Of a stretch of DNA of 32,000 bases, positions 17,221-28,972 are shown in pieces; position 1 is the stretch's first letter, and each line of letters starts with the position of its first letter. The notes beneath the pieces were generated by a model. The model did not search any database. It was not told the DNA's origin and saw nothing but the letters and a program-made list of their open reading frames with translations. Location of the stretch: positions 630,001 through 662,000 of the forward strand of contig NC_008340.1 of the NCBI RefSeq assembly GCF_000014785.1. The letters are read 5' to 3'. The translations under genes and the position numbers were made by a program. The stretch comes from Alkalilimnicola ehrlichii MLHE-1 (lineage in GTDB: Bacteria; Pseudomonadota; Gammaproteobacteria; Nitrococcales; Halorhodospiraceae).

Positions 17221-18285
17221 ATGAAAAAGCGTTTCATTGCAGTATCCGCGGCGGCCCTGATGGCCTCCCCGCTGGCCGTCATGGCCGGCGACCTGAACCT
17301 CTATGGTGAGGCCCACCTCTCCGTGGATCACGCCGACGACAAGACCGACAGCAGCCAGTTTCTGGCCAGCCGGTTCTCCACCCTCGGGATCACCGGCTCG
17401 GAGTACCTGGGCATGGGCCTGACCGGCTTCTTCCAGTACGAGACCGAGGTGAACCTGACCGCGGGCGGTGATGGTCTGTTCGACGGCACCACCGAGTCCT
17501 TCCTCGGTGTGCAGGGCGGCTTTGGTACCGTGCTCGGCGGTATGCTGGACGATCCGCTGTTCGCCACCCTGGACGGGCTGGATCTCTTCGCCGACCGTGT
17601 CGGCAGCGTCCACACCATGGCCCGTCTGGATGGGGCCACCAGCCACACCAACGTACTGGCCTACGTCACCCCCGACTTCAACGGCTTCTCCTTCGCCGCT
17701 GTGTACGGCCCGGAGCAGGGCACCGACAAGGGCTCCCGCTTTGTCGGTCAGCTGGGCTTCGAGGGCGAGGTCGAGGGCGGCACCATCAGCGCCAGCCTGG
17801 GCTATCTCCAGGCCAACGAGGGCGTGGTCAACGCCGTGGCGGAGCTGGAGCCGGGCGACCCGGGCTACAACGACCTGAAGCTGAAGATCTGGCAGGCCAC
17901 CTTCGGTTACGAGATCACCGACGTCTGGCGCGGTTTCGCCTTCTACCAGGACTACGGCTCCAGTGACGTGATGGAGGACGACAAGGCCTACGGCGCCGGC
18001 GTGGGCTTCATGGTCAGCCCGCAGGTGGAGCTGCTGGCTCAGGTCAGCCGTTATGACGCCGATGCCAGCCGCGAGGGTGCCACCACCTACGCCCTGGGTG
18101 CGGATTACTTCATCACCGACCGCACCACGCTCTACGGCATCGCCGGCATGACCCGCAACAAGAGTGAGCAGGCCCTGATGCCCACCGACGTGGACTACTA
18201 CCAGGGTGCCGGCCCCGAGGGCATCAGCCCCGCCGCCGGTGACAACCCCTGGGTGGTCTCCCTGGGTGTGATCCACAGCTTCTGA
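17221..18285 (+). CDS. Outer-membrane porin, paralog of the preceding porin
   Basis: 354 aa from MKKRFIAVSAAALMASPLAVMAGDLNLYGEAHLSVDHADDKTDSSQFLASRFSTLGITGSEYLGMGLTGFFQYE...SLGVIHSF. Shares several long motifs with the first porin. Confidence 0.92.
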   Translation: MKKRFIAVSAAALMASPLAVMAGDLNLYGEAHLSVDHADDKTDSSQFLASRFSTLGITGSEYLGMGLTGFFQYETEVNLTAGGDGLFDGTTESFLGVQGGFGTVLGGMLDDPLFATLDGLDLFADRVGSVHTMARLDGATSHTNVLAYVTPDFNGFSFAAVYGPEQGTDKGSRFVGQLGFEGEVEGGTISASLGYLQANEGVVNAVAELEPGDPGYNDLKLKIWQATFGYEITDVWRGFAFYQDYGSSDVMEDDKAYGAGVGFMVSPQVELLAQVSRYDADASREGATTYALGADYFITDRTTLYGIAGMTRNKSEQALMPTDVDYYQGAGPEGISPAAGDNPWVVSLGVIHSF

Positions 18286-18324
18286 GGCCACTGCCGGCCT
18301 ACGGGCCGGGGACATGGACCGTCC

Positions 18325-18363
18325 ACGAAGAACGCCCGCCTAAGTGCGGGCGTTCTTCGTTTC
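18325..18363 (+). terminator. Terminator after second porin (possibly bidirectional with grxD)
   Basis: ACGAAGAACGCCCGC-CTAAGT-GCGGGCGTTCTTCGTTTC: perfect 15-bp stem, A-rich and T-rich ends on either strand. Confidence 0.8.
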
Positions 18364-18472
18364 AGGCTCCGAGGCCCTGCAGTGATGACTGGCGACGGTG
18401 CTGTGACCGTCCTGAGGGGAACGGAAGGGAAGGGCGGGGCCGCGCCCTGCGTGCGGCGCGGCCAGGTGTGGC

Positions 18473-18811
18473 TCAGTTGCTGGCGCTTTCCGCGGCCTGG
18501 TCGACCATCTTCTGCAGATCGCCGCTTTCGTACATCTCCATGATGATGTCGCAGCCGCCCACCAGCTCGCCGTTGAGGTAGAGCTGCGGGATGGTCGGCC
18601 AGTTGCCGAACTCCTTGATCCCCTGGCGAATGGCCTCGTCCTGCAGCACGTCCACGTAAGCGAACTCCTTGCCGCAGCCGGCCAGCGCCTGCGCCGCGCG
18701 CATGGAGAAGCCGCACTGCGGCTGCTGGGGAGAGCCCTTCATGTAGAGCAGAATGGGGTTTTCCTTGACTTGCTTGGCGATGGTTTCCTGCACCTGATCC
18801 ATGCTGTTCAA
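18473..18811 (-). CDS. grxD: Monothiol glutaredoxin, Grx4 family (start may be the second Met, 18802)
   Basis: MDQVQETIAKQVKENPILLYMKGSPQQPQCGFSMRAAQAL. CGFS active site, WPTIPQLYLNGELVGGCDIIMEM. Confidence 0.95.
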   Translation of the reverse strand: MNSMDQVQETIAKQVKENPILLYMKGSPQQPQCGFSMRAAQALAGCGKEFAYVDVLQDEAIRQGIKEFGNWPTIPQLYLNGELVGGCDIIMEMYESGDLQKMVDQAAESASN

Positions 18812-18935
18812 CCTATCTCGTTGGGGAATGGTATGACCTAGCCTGATTCTAAGCCCAAGCCGCCTGAGTAAAAACCCAGCGGCTCACTCGAAAACCAAGT
18901 GTAACACTCAACTTTGTCATCCCCGCTAACTCCCC

Positions 18936-20339
18936 TCAGCGCTTGACCATCCGCATTAGCCGCTTGCGCCGGCGCTGCTGGCGGGGGGTGAGCTTATTGC
19001 GACGGCCCTCGTAGGGGTTCTCGCCGCTGCGAAACTCCAGCCGCACCGGGGTGCCGTAGAGGTCCAGCTCGTCGCGGAAGACGTGCTCCAGATAGCGTTT
19101 GTAGGCGCCGGGCAGTTTCTTCACCTGGTTGCCGTGGATGACGATGACCGGCGGGTTTTTGCCCCCCTGGTGGGCGTAGCGCAGCTTGATGCGTCGGCCC
19201 TGGACCAGCGGCGGGGCGTGGGCGGCCACGGCGTCGGCCAGGATCTCGTTGAGGATGGGGGTGGGCAGGTCGCGGCGGGCCGCCTCCAGGGCCTTGTCCA
19301 CGGCGCCGAACAGCAGGCCGACGCCGGAGCCGTGCAGGGCCGAGATGAAGTGCCGGCGGGCAAAGTTGAGGAAGGTGAGCTTGCGCTCCAGCCCCGCCTT
19401 CACCGCCTCGCGCTGCTCGGCGGTGAGCCCGTCCCACTTGTTGATGGCCAGCACCAGGGCGCGGCCGGACTCCAGCACGTGGCCAATGAGGTGGGTGTCC
19501 TGATCGGTGACCCCTTCGCGGGCGTCGATTACCAGGATGACCACGTGGGCCGCCTCCATGGCCTTTAGGGTCTGGATGACAGAGAACTTCTCCACCGTCT
19601 CATGCACCCGGGCGCGGCGGCGCATGCCCGCGGTGTCAATGAGGGTGTAGGGGCGGCCGTCGCGCTCCAGCGGGATGAAGACGCTGTCGCGGGTGGTGCC
19701 CGGCATGTCGTAGACCAGCACCCGCTCCTCGCCCAGCAGCCGGTTGACCAGGGTGGACTTGCCCACGTTGGGCCGGCCGACGATGGCGATGCGGGTGGCG
19801 CCCTCGGCCTCCTCCACCTGGAGGGCCGCGTGAGCGGAGGTGAAGCCCTCGGGCAGGCCGGCCAGCACGTGGTCCATCAGCCCGGCGATGCCGCGGCCGT
19901 GGGCCGCGGCGATGGGCAGCGGCTCGCCTAGGCCCAGGGCGTGGAACTCCGCGGTGGCCAGCCGATGGTCCACACCGTCGGTCTTGTTGACCACCAGCCA
20001 GACCGGTTTGCCCTGGCGGCGGAGATGGGCGGCCAGTTCCTCGTCGGCGGCGGTTGGGCCACTGCGCCCGTCCACCAGGAACAGGATGGCGTCGGCCTCC
20101 TCGATGGCGGCCAAGGCCTGTTGGTGCATGCCTTGCTCGACCCCCTCCGGGTCGTCGCCCAGCCCGCCGGTGTCCACCACGATGTAGGGGCGCTCGCCCA
20201 CCTTGCCCACGCCGTATTGCCGGTCGCGGGTGAGGCCGGGGTGGTCGGCCACCAGGGCGTCACGGCTGCGGGTGAGCTGGTTGAACAGGGTGGATTTGCC
20301 CACGTTGGGGCGGCCCACCAGGGCGATCACAGGGTCCAT
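18936..20339 (-). CDS. der: Ribosome-associated GTPase Der (EngA)
   Basis: 467 aa. Two G domains: [30 protein letters not shown] and [39 protein letters not shown]-like C-terminus. Confidence 0.97.
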
Positions 20340-20400
20340 GGTGTCTCTACGCGGTCACGTGCCGTTGCGGGAGGGCAAGAATACCAGATGCAGCGGCGAG

Positions 20401-21432
20401 TCAGACGACCCGCCAGGCCACCTCGCCGCCGGCCCGGAAGGGCACCAGGGTGTCGTCGCCCATGGGGAAGGCCTCCGGAATGGGGGTGGCGGCCCGCTCC
20501 AGGGTGACGCTGTCGCGGTTGCGCGGCAGGCCGTAGAAGTCGGCCCCGTGGTGGCTGGCAAAGCCCTCCAGCCGGTCCAGGGCGCCGGCGGCCTCGAAGA
20601 TCTCGGCGTAGAAGGGCAGGGCGGCGTGGGCGCTGTAGACGCCGGCGCAGCCGCAGGCCGACTCCTTGGCGCCCTTGGGGTGGGGGGCGCTGTCGGTGCC
20701 GAGGAAGAAGCGCGGGTGGCCGGAGGTGGCCGCTTCCACCAGCGCCTGGCGGTCGCGCTCGCGCTTGAGGATGGGCAGGCAGTAGTAGTGCGGGCGCACG
20801 CCGCCCACCAGCATGTGGTTGCGGTTGGCCATCAGGTGCTGGACGGTGAGGGTGGCGCCGACCCGGTCGGGGGCCTGGCGCAGGTAGTCCACCGCCGCCT
20901 GGGTGGTGATGTGTTCGAAGACCACCCGCAGCCGGCTGTGGCGCTGCACCAGCGGGTCGAGCACCTCGTCGATGAAGTGCGCCTCGCGATCGAAGATGTC
21001 CACCTCGTCGCGGGTGACCTCGCCGTGCACGCACAGCGGCAGGCCCCGCTCGGCCATGGCGGCCAGGGTCTCCTCGCAGCGGGCCAGGTCGGTGACCCCG
21101 GCGTCGGAGTTGGTGGTGGCGCCGGCCGGGTAGAGCTTGACCGCGTGCACGAAGCCGCTGGCCGCCGCCTTCTCGATCTCCGCGGGCGGCGTGTTGTCGG
21201 TCAGGTACAGGGTCATCAGCGGCTCGAAGTGCGCGCCGGCGGGCAGTGCCGCCAGGATGCGCTCGCGGTAGGCGGCGGCCTGGTCCACCGTGGTCACCGG
21301 CGGTTTCAGGTTGGGCATGATAATCGCCCGGCCGAACACCGTCGCGGTGTGGGGCAGCACGGTGGCCAGCTGCTCGCCGTCGCGCAGGTGCAGGTGCCAG
21401 TCATCCGGGCGGGTCAGGGTGATGCGTTGCAC
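20401..21432 (-). CDS. pyrC: Dihydroorotase (class II, PyrC)
   Basis: 343 aa [49 protein letters not shown]...[19 protein letters not shown]...[17 protein letters not shown]...[10 protein letters not shown]. Confidence 0.95.
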   Translation of the reverse strand: MQRITLTRPDDWHLHLRDGEQLATVLPHTATVFGRAIIMPNLKPPVTTVDQAAAYRERILAALPAGAHFEPLMTLYLTDNTPPAEIEKAAASGFVHAVKLYPAGATTNSDAGVTDLARCEETLAAMAERGLPLCVHGEVTRDEVDIFDREAHFIDEVLDPLVQRHSRLRVVFEHITTQAAVDYLRQAPDRVGATLTVQHLMANRNHMLVGGVRPHYYCLPILKRERDRQALVEAATSGHPRFFLGTDSAPHPKGAKESACGCAGVYSAHAALPFYAEIFEAAGALDRLEGFASHHGADFYGLPRNRDSVTLERAATPIPEAFPMGDDTLVPFRAGGEVAWRVV

Positions 21433-21477
21433 GGCGGAATCCTCGTCAAATGGCCCTGGAAACGGGCGCCAATGATA

Positions 21478-22329
21478 CTAGGGTGGCGGGGTGGCGTCAG
21501 GTGCTGCGGGCGGCGGATGGATGACCGCCAGCCGGTCGGCCAGGATCTCCGGCAGCAACGGGTGCGCCCCGACCAGGGGCGTCATCACCGTCTTCAGCGC
21601 CGGGTGCCGGGCCTCGGCCTCGGCGCAGATGCGGGCGACGTCGCCGTCCGGGCCGGCATGTCGGCCGGGCTGCAGGAACATCATGGCGATCACTACCCGG
21701 CCGTGGTTGAACGGCGGCCGAGCGAGCAGCGTCTCCAGCAGCGGCTCGTTGAACCGGTGGGCCTCCCCCGGCCGGCGCTCCATGGAGGCGGGCACCACCC
21801 CGGCGACTCGCCCCTGCAACAGGATGCTGAGCTGTCCGGCCACGTAGTTGCGGACCTGGGCGACCTCCGGCGCCGGGCTGCCGTGGTCCACCAGGATGAC
21901 GCGGGTGGCGGGGTCGTGGTCCACCGCCTGGACCGATTCCGCCAGGATGTGGGCAAGGCGTGGGTCGTGGCCGCGCTCCGGCGTCACCAGCGGCGGGGCC
22001 ACCTGCACGTCCAGTTTGGGGAAGTGCTGCGACAGCGCCGCCACCCGCTCGGGCAGGTAGTCCGTGAGCGCCCGGCTCGGGCCGAAGAAGAGCGGCACGA
22101 TGCGAAAATGCCGGGTGCCGGCGGCGGCCCGTTCCCGCAGGGTCGGCTCCAGTGTCCGTGCGGGCACCCCCTCGAGTGCGTCTTCCGGTGCCCGGTCGCT
22201 ATGCAGCAGTGAGACCGGCTGCACCGGCTCGCCGATCCGTTCGCTCAGCGCCGCTGCCAGGTGGCGCAGGCTGAGAATGGACTGCGGACGGAGTGACCCG
22301 TTGTCGACCAGAAAAATCTCCGAGGCCAT
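21478..22329 (-). CDS. CbiX/SirB-family protein (sirohydrochlorin chelatase-like)
   Basis: Two-repeat CbiX-like protein: LVDNGSLRPQSILSLRHLAAAL and VILVDHGSPAPEVAQVRNYVAGQL...VVIAMMFLQPGRHAGPDGDVARIC. Start set at MASEIFLVD. Confidence 0.75.
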   Translation of the reverse strand: MASEIFLVDNGSLRPQSILSLRHLAAALSERIGEPVQPVSLLHSDRAPEDALEGVPARTLEPTLRERAAAGTRHFRIVPLFFGPSRALTDYLPERVAALSQHFPKLDVQVAPPLVTPERGHDPRLAHILAESVQAVDHDPATRVILVDHGSPAPEVAQVRNYVAGQLSILLQGRVAGVVPASMERRPGEAHRFNEPLLETLLARPPFNHGRVVIAMMFLQPGRHAGPDGDVARICAEAEARHPALKTVMTPLVGAHPLLPEILADRLAVIHPPPAAPDATPPP

Positions 22330-22469
22330 GGTCCCTCCCGGGGTAGCGGCTGCCATCGAACCATTGATCTTGCCCGCAGCGGGCGTTGCGGGCAATGCGG
22401 GGGTGGGGTTGTCCCCGGCAGTAAAAAATGTATATTGGGTCTATCTTCCTGCGGGGACGGACAGGCGCC

Positions 22470-22904
22470 ATGGCGGGGGCGGTGAGACTCAAGCGGGTCT
22501 ATGACCCAGCGGCACCGGAGGACGGCACCCGGGTGTTGGTCGATCGGGTCTGGCCCCGGGGAATGAAGCGTGAGGCCCTGCGCCTCGATCACTGGTTGCG
22601 CGAGTTGGCCCCCTCCACGGCGCTGCGCCGTTGGTTCGCTCATGAGCCAGAGCGCTGGCCGGCCTTCCGTGAGCGCTACCGCCAGGAACTCGCCGGTGCG
22701 CCTGAGGTGCTCGGGCAACTGCTGGCCTGCTGCCGCCGCGGCGATGTCACGCTGCTCTACGCCGCCCGCGACCGGGACCATAACCAGGCGGTGGTCCTGC
22801 GCGAGGTGTTGCTGGAGGCGCTGACCGCCGAACAGGCGGATGCCGAGCCCGCCTCCTCCCCCTGTTATGGCCGGGACTTCCCCGGCTATTTCGGTGAGGA
22901 ATGA
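22470..22904 (+). CDS. DUF488 (YeaO-like) family protein
   Basis: VRLKRVYDPAAPEDGTRVLVDRVWPRGMKREALRLDHWLRELAPSTALRRWFAHEPERWPAFRERYRQEL...VTLLYAARDRDHNQAVVLREVL is the typical DUF488 pattern. Confidence 0.88.
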   Translation: MAGAVRLKRVYDPAAPEDGTRVLVDRVWPRGMKREALRLDHWLRELAPSTALRRWFAHEPERWPAFRERYRQELAGAPEVLGQLLACCRRGDVTLLYAARDRDHNQAVVLREVLLEALTAEQADAEPASSPCYGRDFPGYFGEE

Positions 22905-22931
22905 CTAACTGCCATCCACCCGGAGCATCCC

Positions 22932-23420
22932 ATGACCCCATCGACCCAATGCCCGACCGATTCGTCAGAGCTGCCGGAGGCCACCGGTGCCTTGATCGAC
23001 TACATCCTGACCACCTTTCACGACGCCCACCGCCGGGAGTTGCCGCCGCTGATCGAGCTGGCGCGCAAGGTGGAGGCGGTGCATGCCGGCCATCCGCAGG
23101 TGCCCGCCGGCCTGGCCGATGCGCTGGAGGCGACGCGGATCGACCTGGAGGACCATATGCTCAAGGAGGAGAACGTGCTCTTCCCCTTCATGCGCCAGGG
23201 GATGTCGCCGCTGTCGGCGCCCATCGGGCGTATGCGCCACGAGCATGCGGACCATGAGGAGAGCCTGTTGCGGCTGCAGGCGCTGGCCGGCGGGTTCGAA
23301 CCCCCGGAGGACGCTTGCGACTCCTGGCGCACCCTGTACGTCGGCGTGCGGCACCTGACCGGTGAGTTGCGCACCCACATGAGAGTGGAGAACGAGCTGC
23401 TCTTCCCGCGCTTCGAGTAG
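22932..23420 (+). CDS. Hemerythrin-domain protein, similar to the C-terminal part of RIC/ScdA/YtfE di-iron proteins
   Basis: [36 protein letters not shown]...[16 protein letters not shown]...[30 protein letters not shown]...[17 protein letters not shown]. Confidence 0.85.
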   Translation: MTPSTQCPTDSSELPEATGALIDYILTTFHDAHRRELPPLIELARKVEAVHAGHPQVPAGLADALEATRIDLEDHMLKEENVLFPFMRQGMSPLSAPIGRMRHEHADHEESLLRLQALAGGFEPPEDACDSWRTLYVGVRHLTGELRTHMRVENELLFPRFE

Positions 23421-23584
23421 TGGGCCGGGCCGGAGGCCGGAGCGGGCGGGCGCTTGATTTGCGGGCCGCCTGCGGGGATGATGAGCCGCCTGATCATTCC
23501 ATTCTTCCGGAGGCCTCCGGCGCGCTCGCGCGCGGGCATCCGGCCCCGTGGGGCACGGGGTACAGCACGAAGCGAAGGGGAGAC

Positions 23585-24793
<1,209 letters not shown>

Positions 24794-24843
24794 TCACCGT
24801 CGCCCGGCGGCCGGCTTCGGCCGGTCGCAGCGCCCGGCGCGGT

Positions 24844-25434
24844 TCAGTCCTCTGCGGTCTCGGTCTGGCGCAGGGCGTTGTGGAGCACGGCCAAGCGCTC
24901 CACCGGGTCGTCCAGCTCGAGCAGTTGTTGCCGGTCCTCCGGCGGGATGGGCAGCAGCTCGGCCAGCCGGCAGCTCACCCACTCGGCGTCGTCGAAGTCT
25001 CTCGGCAGCTCGGCCCAGGGGCCGCGTACCTGTTGCAGGATGCGCTCCAGCAGCGCTGCCAGCGGGCCGTGGACGGGGGGGATTGGCCGCGGCGGGGGTT
25101 GTGGCAACCATTCCACCTCGGCCTGTTGCAGCCCGTCGCGCTCCACGTGGCGGGAGACGATGCGGAAGCGCCGTTCGCCCCGCACCGTGATGCCCAGCAA
25201 GCCGTCGCTGCGCTTCTCCCAGTCGATGATCCGGGCCAGCGTGCCCACCGGGTCCGGGATGGCCGGCGCCCCGGTCTCGCGCCCGTCCACGATGCGGCAG
25301 ACCCCGAAACCCCGGTCTTCGCGCAGGCATCGGGCCACCATGTCCAGGTAGCGGGGTTCGAACAGGCGCAGCACCAGGGGACCGCCGGGGAAGAGGACCG
25401 TCTGTAGCGGGAACAGGGGCAGGAGGGTGCTCAC
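24844..25434 (-). CDS. LON peptidase substrate-binding domain protein
   Basis: 196 aa [48 protein letters not shown]. Confidence 0.88.
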   Translation of the reverse strand: MSTLLPLFPLQTVLFPGGPLVLRLFEPRYLDMVARCLREDRGFGVCRIVDGRETGAPAIPDPVGTLARIIDWEKRSDGLLGITVRGERRFRIVSRHVERDGLQQAEVEWLPQPPPRPIPPVHGPLAALLERILQQVRGPWAELPRDFDDAEWVSCRLAELLPIPPEDRQQLLELDDPVERLAVLHNALRQTETAED

Positions 25435-26078
25435 GATGCCCGCCCTCCGCCATGGGCCGTCGGACTGAGTCGCTCGCCCCAGGCCGGCAGCAGGCTCTGG
25501 GGGGCACCCAGTTGGTCGAGAATGCGCGCCACCACGAAATCCACCAGCGCCTCCACTGTCTCCGGTTGGTGGTAAAAGCCGGGATTGGCCGGCAGGATAA
25601 CCGTGCCCATGCGACTGAGCCGAAGCATGTTTTCCAGGTGAATGTCGGAAAAGGGCGTCTCGCGCGGCACCAGGATAAGCCTCCCTCTCTCTTTTAGCAC
25701 AACGTCCGCCGCCCGTTCGATCAGGTTATCGCTGGCGCCGGTGGCGATGGCCGATAGGGTGCCCATGCTGCAGGGGCAGACCACCATCTGGCGGGGTGCG
25801 CCGGAGCCGGAGGCCACGGGCGCCGTCCACTGGCGGTCACCGAATACCGCCAGCGGTGCCGAGTCGGGGAGCCGACAGGCCTCTAGCAGTCGCCGCGCCA
25901 TGGCGCTTGGCTTGGCGGGCAGTTGCAGGTCGGTCTCCAGGCCCAGCACCACCCGGGCCGCCTCCGAGACCAGCAGGTGCACCGGGGTGTCCGCGTGCAG
26001 CAGACACTGCAGCAGGCGCAGCCCGTAGGGCATGCCGGAGGCGCCGGTCAGGGCCAGGGTGACGTGGCCGTGCATCAT
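25431..26078 (-). CDS. ubiX: Flavin prenyltransferase UbiX
   Basis: [26 protein letters not shown]...[93 protein letters not shown]. Confidence 0.95.
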   Translation of the reverse strand: MMHGHVTLALTGASGMPYGLRLLQCLLHADTPVHLLVSEAARVVLGLETDLQLPAKPSAMARRLLEACRLPDSAPLAVFGDRQWTAPVASGSGAPRQMVVCPCSMGTLSAIATGASDNLIERAADVVLKERGRLILVPRETPFSDIHLENMLRLSRMGTVILPANPGFYHQPETVEALVDFVVARILDQLGAPQSLLPAWGERLSPTAHGGGRAS

Positions 26079-27436
26079 GCCGAGACCTCCCGGCCATCCA
26101 GGGCCGCCAGCAGGCGGCCGTGCAGACCGTCGAAGGCGCCGTTGCTCATCACCACCACCCGGTCCCCCGGGCGGGCCTGTTGCCGGATGCGCTGGACCAG
26201 CGCCGGCACGTCCTGCGCCACCTCGGCGGGCGGGGTGAGCCCGGCCAGGGCGTCCGCCACCGACCACTCCAGGCCCTTGCCCTGCAGGGCGAAGACGGCG
26301 TCGGCGGGGGCGAGGGCGGCGGCCAGCCGTTCCCGGTGGATGCCCATGCGCATGGTGTTGGAGCGGGGCTCCAGCACTGCCAGCAATCGCCCCGGGCCGG
26401 GCCGCATGGCCTCCAGGGTGGCGCGGATGGCGGTGGGGTGGTGGGCGAAATCGTCGTACACCCGCACGCCGCCGGCCTCACCCCGCAGCTCCAGGCGCCG
26501 CTTCACGCCGCGGAAGCCGGCCAGTGCGTCGAGCCCGGTGCTCAGTGGGACCCCGACGTGGCGGGCTGCGAGCAATGCGGCGGCGCAGTTGGCCGCGTTG
26601 TGCAGGCCGGGCAGCGGTGGTCGGGCGGTCAGCGGGGTGGCATCCCCGCCGCGCAGCACCATTTCGCCCTGCCCGTTGAGGTCGTAGCGCCAGTCGCAGT
26701 CGGGCCCGGTGCCCAGGCGCAGGGTGGGGGTCCAGCAGCCCTGGCCCAGGGTCTCGGCAACATTGGCCTGATCGCCGTTGGCGATGATCAGGCCGTTGCC
26801 CGGCACGGTGCGCACCAGGTGGTGGAACTGGCGCTGGATGGCGGCCAGGTCGGGGAAGATGTCCGCATGGTCGTACTCGATGTTGTGGATCACCAGGGTG
26901 CGGGGGCGGAAGTGGATGAATTTGGAGCGCTTGTCGAAAAAGGCGCTGTCGTATTCATCCGCCTCGATGACGAAAAACGGCCCGTCGCCGAGGCGGGCCG
27001 AGCGGCCGAAGTTGGTCGGCACCCCGCCCACCAGGAAGCCCGGGTTCAATCCGGCGTACTCCAGGATCCAGGCCAACAGGCTGGCGGTGGTGGTCTTGCC
27101 GTGGGTGCCGGAGACCGCCAGGACCCAGCGGTCGTGGAGGAGGTGCTCGCCCAGCCACTGGGGCCCCGAGGTGTAGCGCAGGCCCTGGTCCAGCACGTAC
27201 TCCACCGCCGGATTACCGCGCGACAGGGCGTTGCCGACAATCACCTGATCGGGGGGCGGTTGCAGGTGTGAGGGGGCATAACCGGCCCGCAGGTCCACGG
27301 CCTGTTCCGCCAGCATGTCGCTCATGGGCGGGTAGATGCCCTGGTCGCTACCGCTCACCACGTGACCGGCCTCCCGCGCCAGCAGGGCCAGGCCCCCCAT
27401 GAAGGTGCCGCAGATGCCCAGGATGTGTAGATGCAT
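26075..27436 (-). CDS. mpl: UDP-N-acetylmuramate:L-alanyl-gamma-D-glutamyl-meso-diaminopimelate ligase
   Basis: 453 aa from [42 protein letters not shown]...[36 protein letters not shown]...[19 protein letters not shown]. Confidence 0.95.
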   Translation of the reverse strand: MHLHILGICGTFMGGLALLAREAGHVVSGSDQGIYPPMSDMLAEQAVDLRAGYAPSHLQPPPDQVIVGNALSRGNPAVEYVLDQGLRYTSGPQWLGEHLLHDRWVLAVSGTHGKTTTASLLAWILEYAGLNPGFLVGGVPTNFGRSARLGDGPFFVIEADEYDSAFFDKRSKFIHFRPRTLVIHNIEYDHADIFPDLAAIQRQFHHLVRTVPGNGLIIANGDQANVAETLGQGCWTPTLRLGTGPDCDWRYDLNGQGEMVLRGGDATPLTARPPLPGLHNAANCAAALLAARHVGVPLSTGLDALAGFRGVKRRLELRGEAGGVRVYDDFAHHPTAIRATLEAMRPGPGRLLAVLEPRSNTMRMGIHRERLAAALAPADAVFALQGKGLEWSVADALAGLTPPAEVAQDVPALVQRIRQQARPGDRVVVMSNGAFDGLHGRLLAALDGREVSA

Positions 27437-27464
27437 GGTTGCTCCTATCCGGTGCGCACCCGGT

Positions 27465-27971
27465 CTATTGTGCCAGGGCACTGACAATCTGCAGCACAAT
27501 AATCATGTAGACCACCGCGGCCAGCACGCCGAGGCTGCGCCGCACGTCCATCGCCTCAGCAAAGACGTGCCCCAGCACCGCCAGGCGCCAGACCCAAAGG
27601 GTGAGGGCGGCCAGCAGCAGCCCGGCGCCGGCCTCGTCCACCGCAGCCACCTGGAGTTGGATCAGCAGCATGGGCAGACTGAGCAGCAGGTCGGTGCCGA
27701 ACACCGCACTGGCGGTCTGGTTGAAGCGCGGGAGCAGCCCGCGCCAGTAGAGGGCCAGGTAGACAAGCCCCAGGGTCACGATCATAGCCGCCAGCAGTTG
27801 CAGTTCCACCGGGCCCGGTTGCGGCAGGATCCCCGCCGCCAGATAGCCGATGCCGACGCTGCCGGCGATGAGCAGGATCAACAGGTTCCGCGAGGCGGAC
27901 AGCTCGGCGGGACTGGCCCGAAAGACGAGAATGCGCAGCAGTGCACGCAAGTTTTCCACGAGAAAAGGCAT
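27465..27971 (-). CDS. Uncharacterised integral membrane protein
   Basis: 168 aa with about four hydrophobic helices (NLLILLIAGSVGIGYLAAGIL, LLAAMIVTLGLVYLALYW, etc.). Confidence 0.7.
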   Translation of the reverse strand: MPFLVENLRALLRILVFRASPAELSASRNLLILLIAGSVGIGYLAAGILPQPGPVELQLLAAMIVTLGLVYLALYWRGLLPRFNQTASAVFGTDLLLSLPMLLIQLQVAAVDEAGAGLLLAALTLWVWRLAVLGHVFAEAMDVRRSLGVLAAVVYMIIVLQIVSALAQ

Positions 27972-28120
27972 AGTCTTGAGACACGATCCGAATGGCGGTC
28001 AGGCGGGAGCGGCTGGTTTATCCCGCAATGCAGCAAAAGTGAGCCTGATCCTTTATACTCCCCCGTATCCCGCGCCCGGGCAAGGCTCGGGGTCCAGAAA
28101 CAATCACGAGGAGAGCGCAC

Positions 28121-28648
28121 ATGATCCTGGAACGGGTAGGCCCAGGCGAGAAAGCCCCAGAAGAGATCAACGTCATTATCGAGATCCCGTTGCGCGGTGA
28201 GCCGGTAAAGTACGAGGTCGACAAGGACAGCGGTGCCATGTTCGTCGATCGCTTCATGGGCACGGCGATGCACTATCCGTGCAATTACGGCTACATCCCC
28301 AACACCGTGTGTGACGACGGCGATCCGGCCGACGTCCTGGTTATCACCCCCTTTCCGGTCATCACCGGTTCGGTGATCAAGTGCCGCCCCATCGGGGTGC
28401 TCAAGATGACCGACGAGGCGGGCGAGGACGCCAAGGTCCTGGCCGTGCCGGTGGGCAAGCTCACCGCAATGTACGACGACATCAAGGGCCCGGACGACCT
28501 GCCGAAGCTGGTGCTGGATCAAATCAGCCACTTCTTCGAGCACTACAAGGACCTGGAGCCCGGCAAGTGGGTCAAGATCGACGGCTGGGAGGGGGCCGAG
28601 TCCGCGCGGGAGGAGATCCGCGCGTCCATCGAGAACTACCAGGGCTGA
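28121..28648 (+). CDS. ppa: Inorganic pyrophosphatase (family I)
   Basis: 175 aa. [64 protein letters not shown]. Confidence 0.97.
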   Translation: MILERVGPGEKAPEEINVIIEIPLRGEPVKYEVDKDSGAMFVDRFMGTAMHYPCNYGYIPNTVCDDGDPADVLVITPFPVITGSVIKCRPIGVLKMTDEAGEDAKVLAVPVGKLTAMYDDIKGPDDLPKLVLDQISHFFEHYKDLEPGKWVKIDGWEGAESAREEIRASIENYQG

Positions 28649-28662
28649 GACCGGCATTCAGT

Positions 28663-28711
28663 ACCGGCGGACGGGGGAACTTCGTGTTGTTTCCCCGCTG
28701 TCGGCTTTATT
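28663..28711 (+). terminator. Weak candidate terminator after ppa
   Basis: CCGGCGGACGGGGGAAC-TTCGTGTT-GTTTCCCCGCTGTCGG imperfect stem followed by CTTTATTT. Confidence 0.35.
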
Positions 28712-28870
28712 TGCCTGAGGTTTAAAAAAAAGTTGCCGAAGTGGGTTGGCCAACTTTATTTTCGGTCTTACACTAATACCAAGGTCTGTCTCAGGAGATT
28801 GCGATGCCGTCCTCCCGGACGCTATTTGCCCATCCTGACGGCCAGGGTAACGCAGAGTGGTGACAGTCTG

Positions 28871-28899
28871 TTGGACTTGGCATGACAAGTTCGTATACT
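28871..28899 (+). promoter_or_regulatory. Putative sigma-70 promoter of the small hypothetical gene (28973)
   Basis: TTGGAC (28871-28876), 17-bp spacer, TATACT (28894-28899). Confidence 0.6.
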
Positions 28900-28972
28900 G
28901 CGCCATTCCATTCAAAGACAGGCGACTCGCCGCTGCCCCCGTTAGGGCAGCGACCAGCTAGAGGTGGTGATC

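Noticed and set aside
20203-22212. 669-aa plus-strand ORF opposite der and pyrC, and similar long antisense ORFs (998-2056, 1678-2799, 5042-6469, 9552-10775, 10694-11629, 15684-16922, 17134-18315, 23018-24490, 26120-27271, 29248-30825, 30982-31959)
   Set aside because: All lie opposite confidently identified genes. They are GC-bias open frames of low-complexity V/G/A/R/Q-rich sequence without domain signatures.
24809-24826. GGCCGGC-TTCG-GCCGGTC hairpin between convergent argG and the LON-domain gene
   Set aside because: Stable UUCG-capped stem but no T-run on either strand. It may help 3' ends, but evidence is insufficient to call a terminator.
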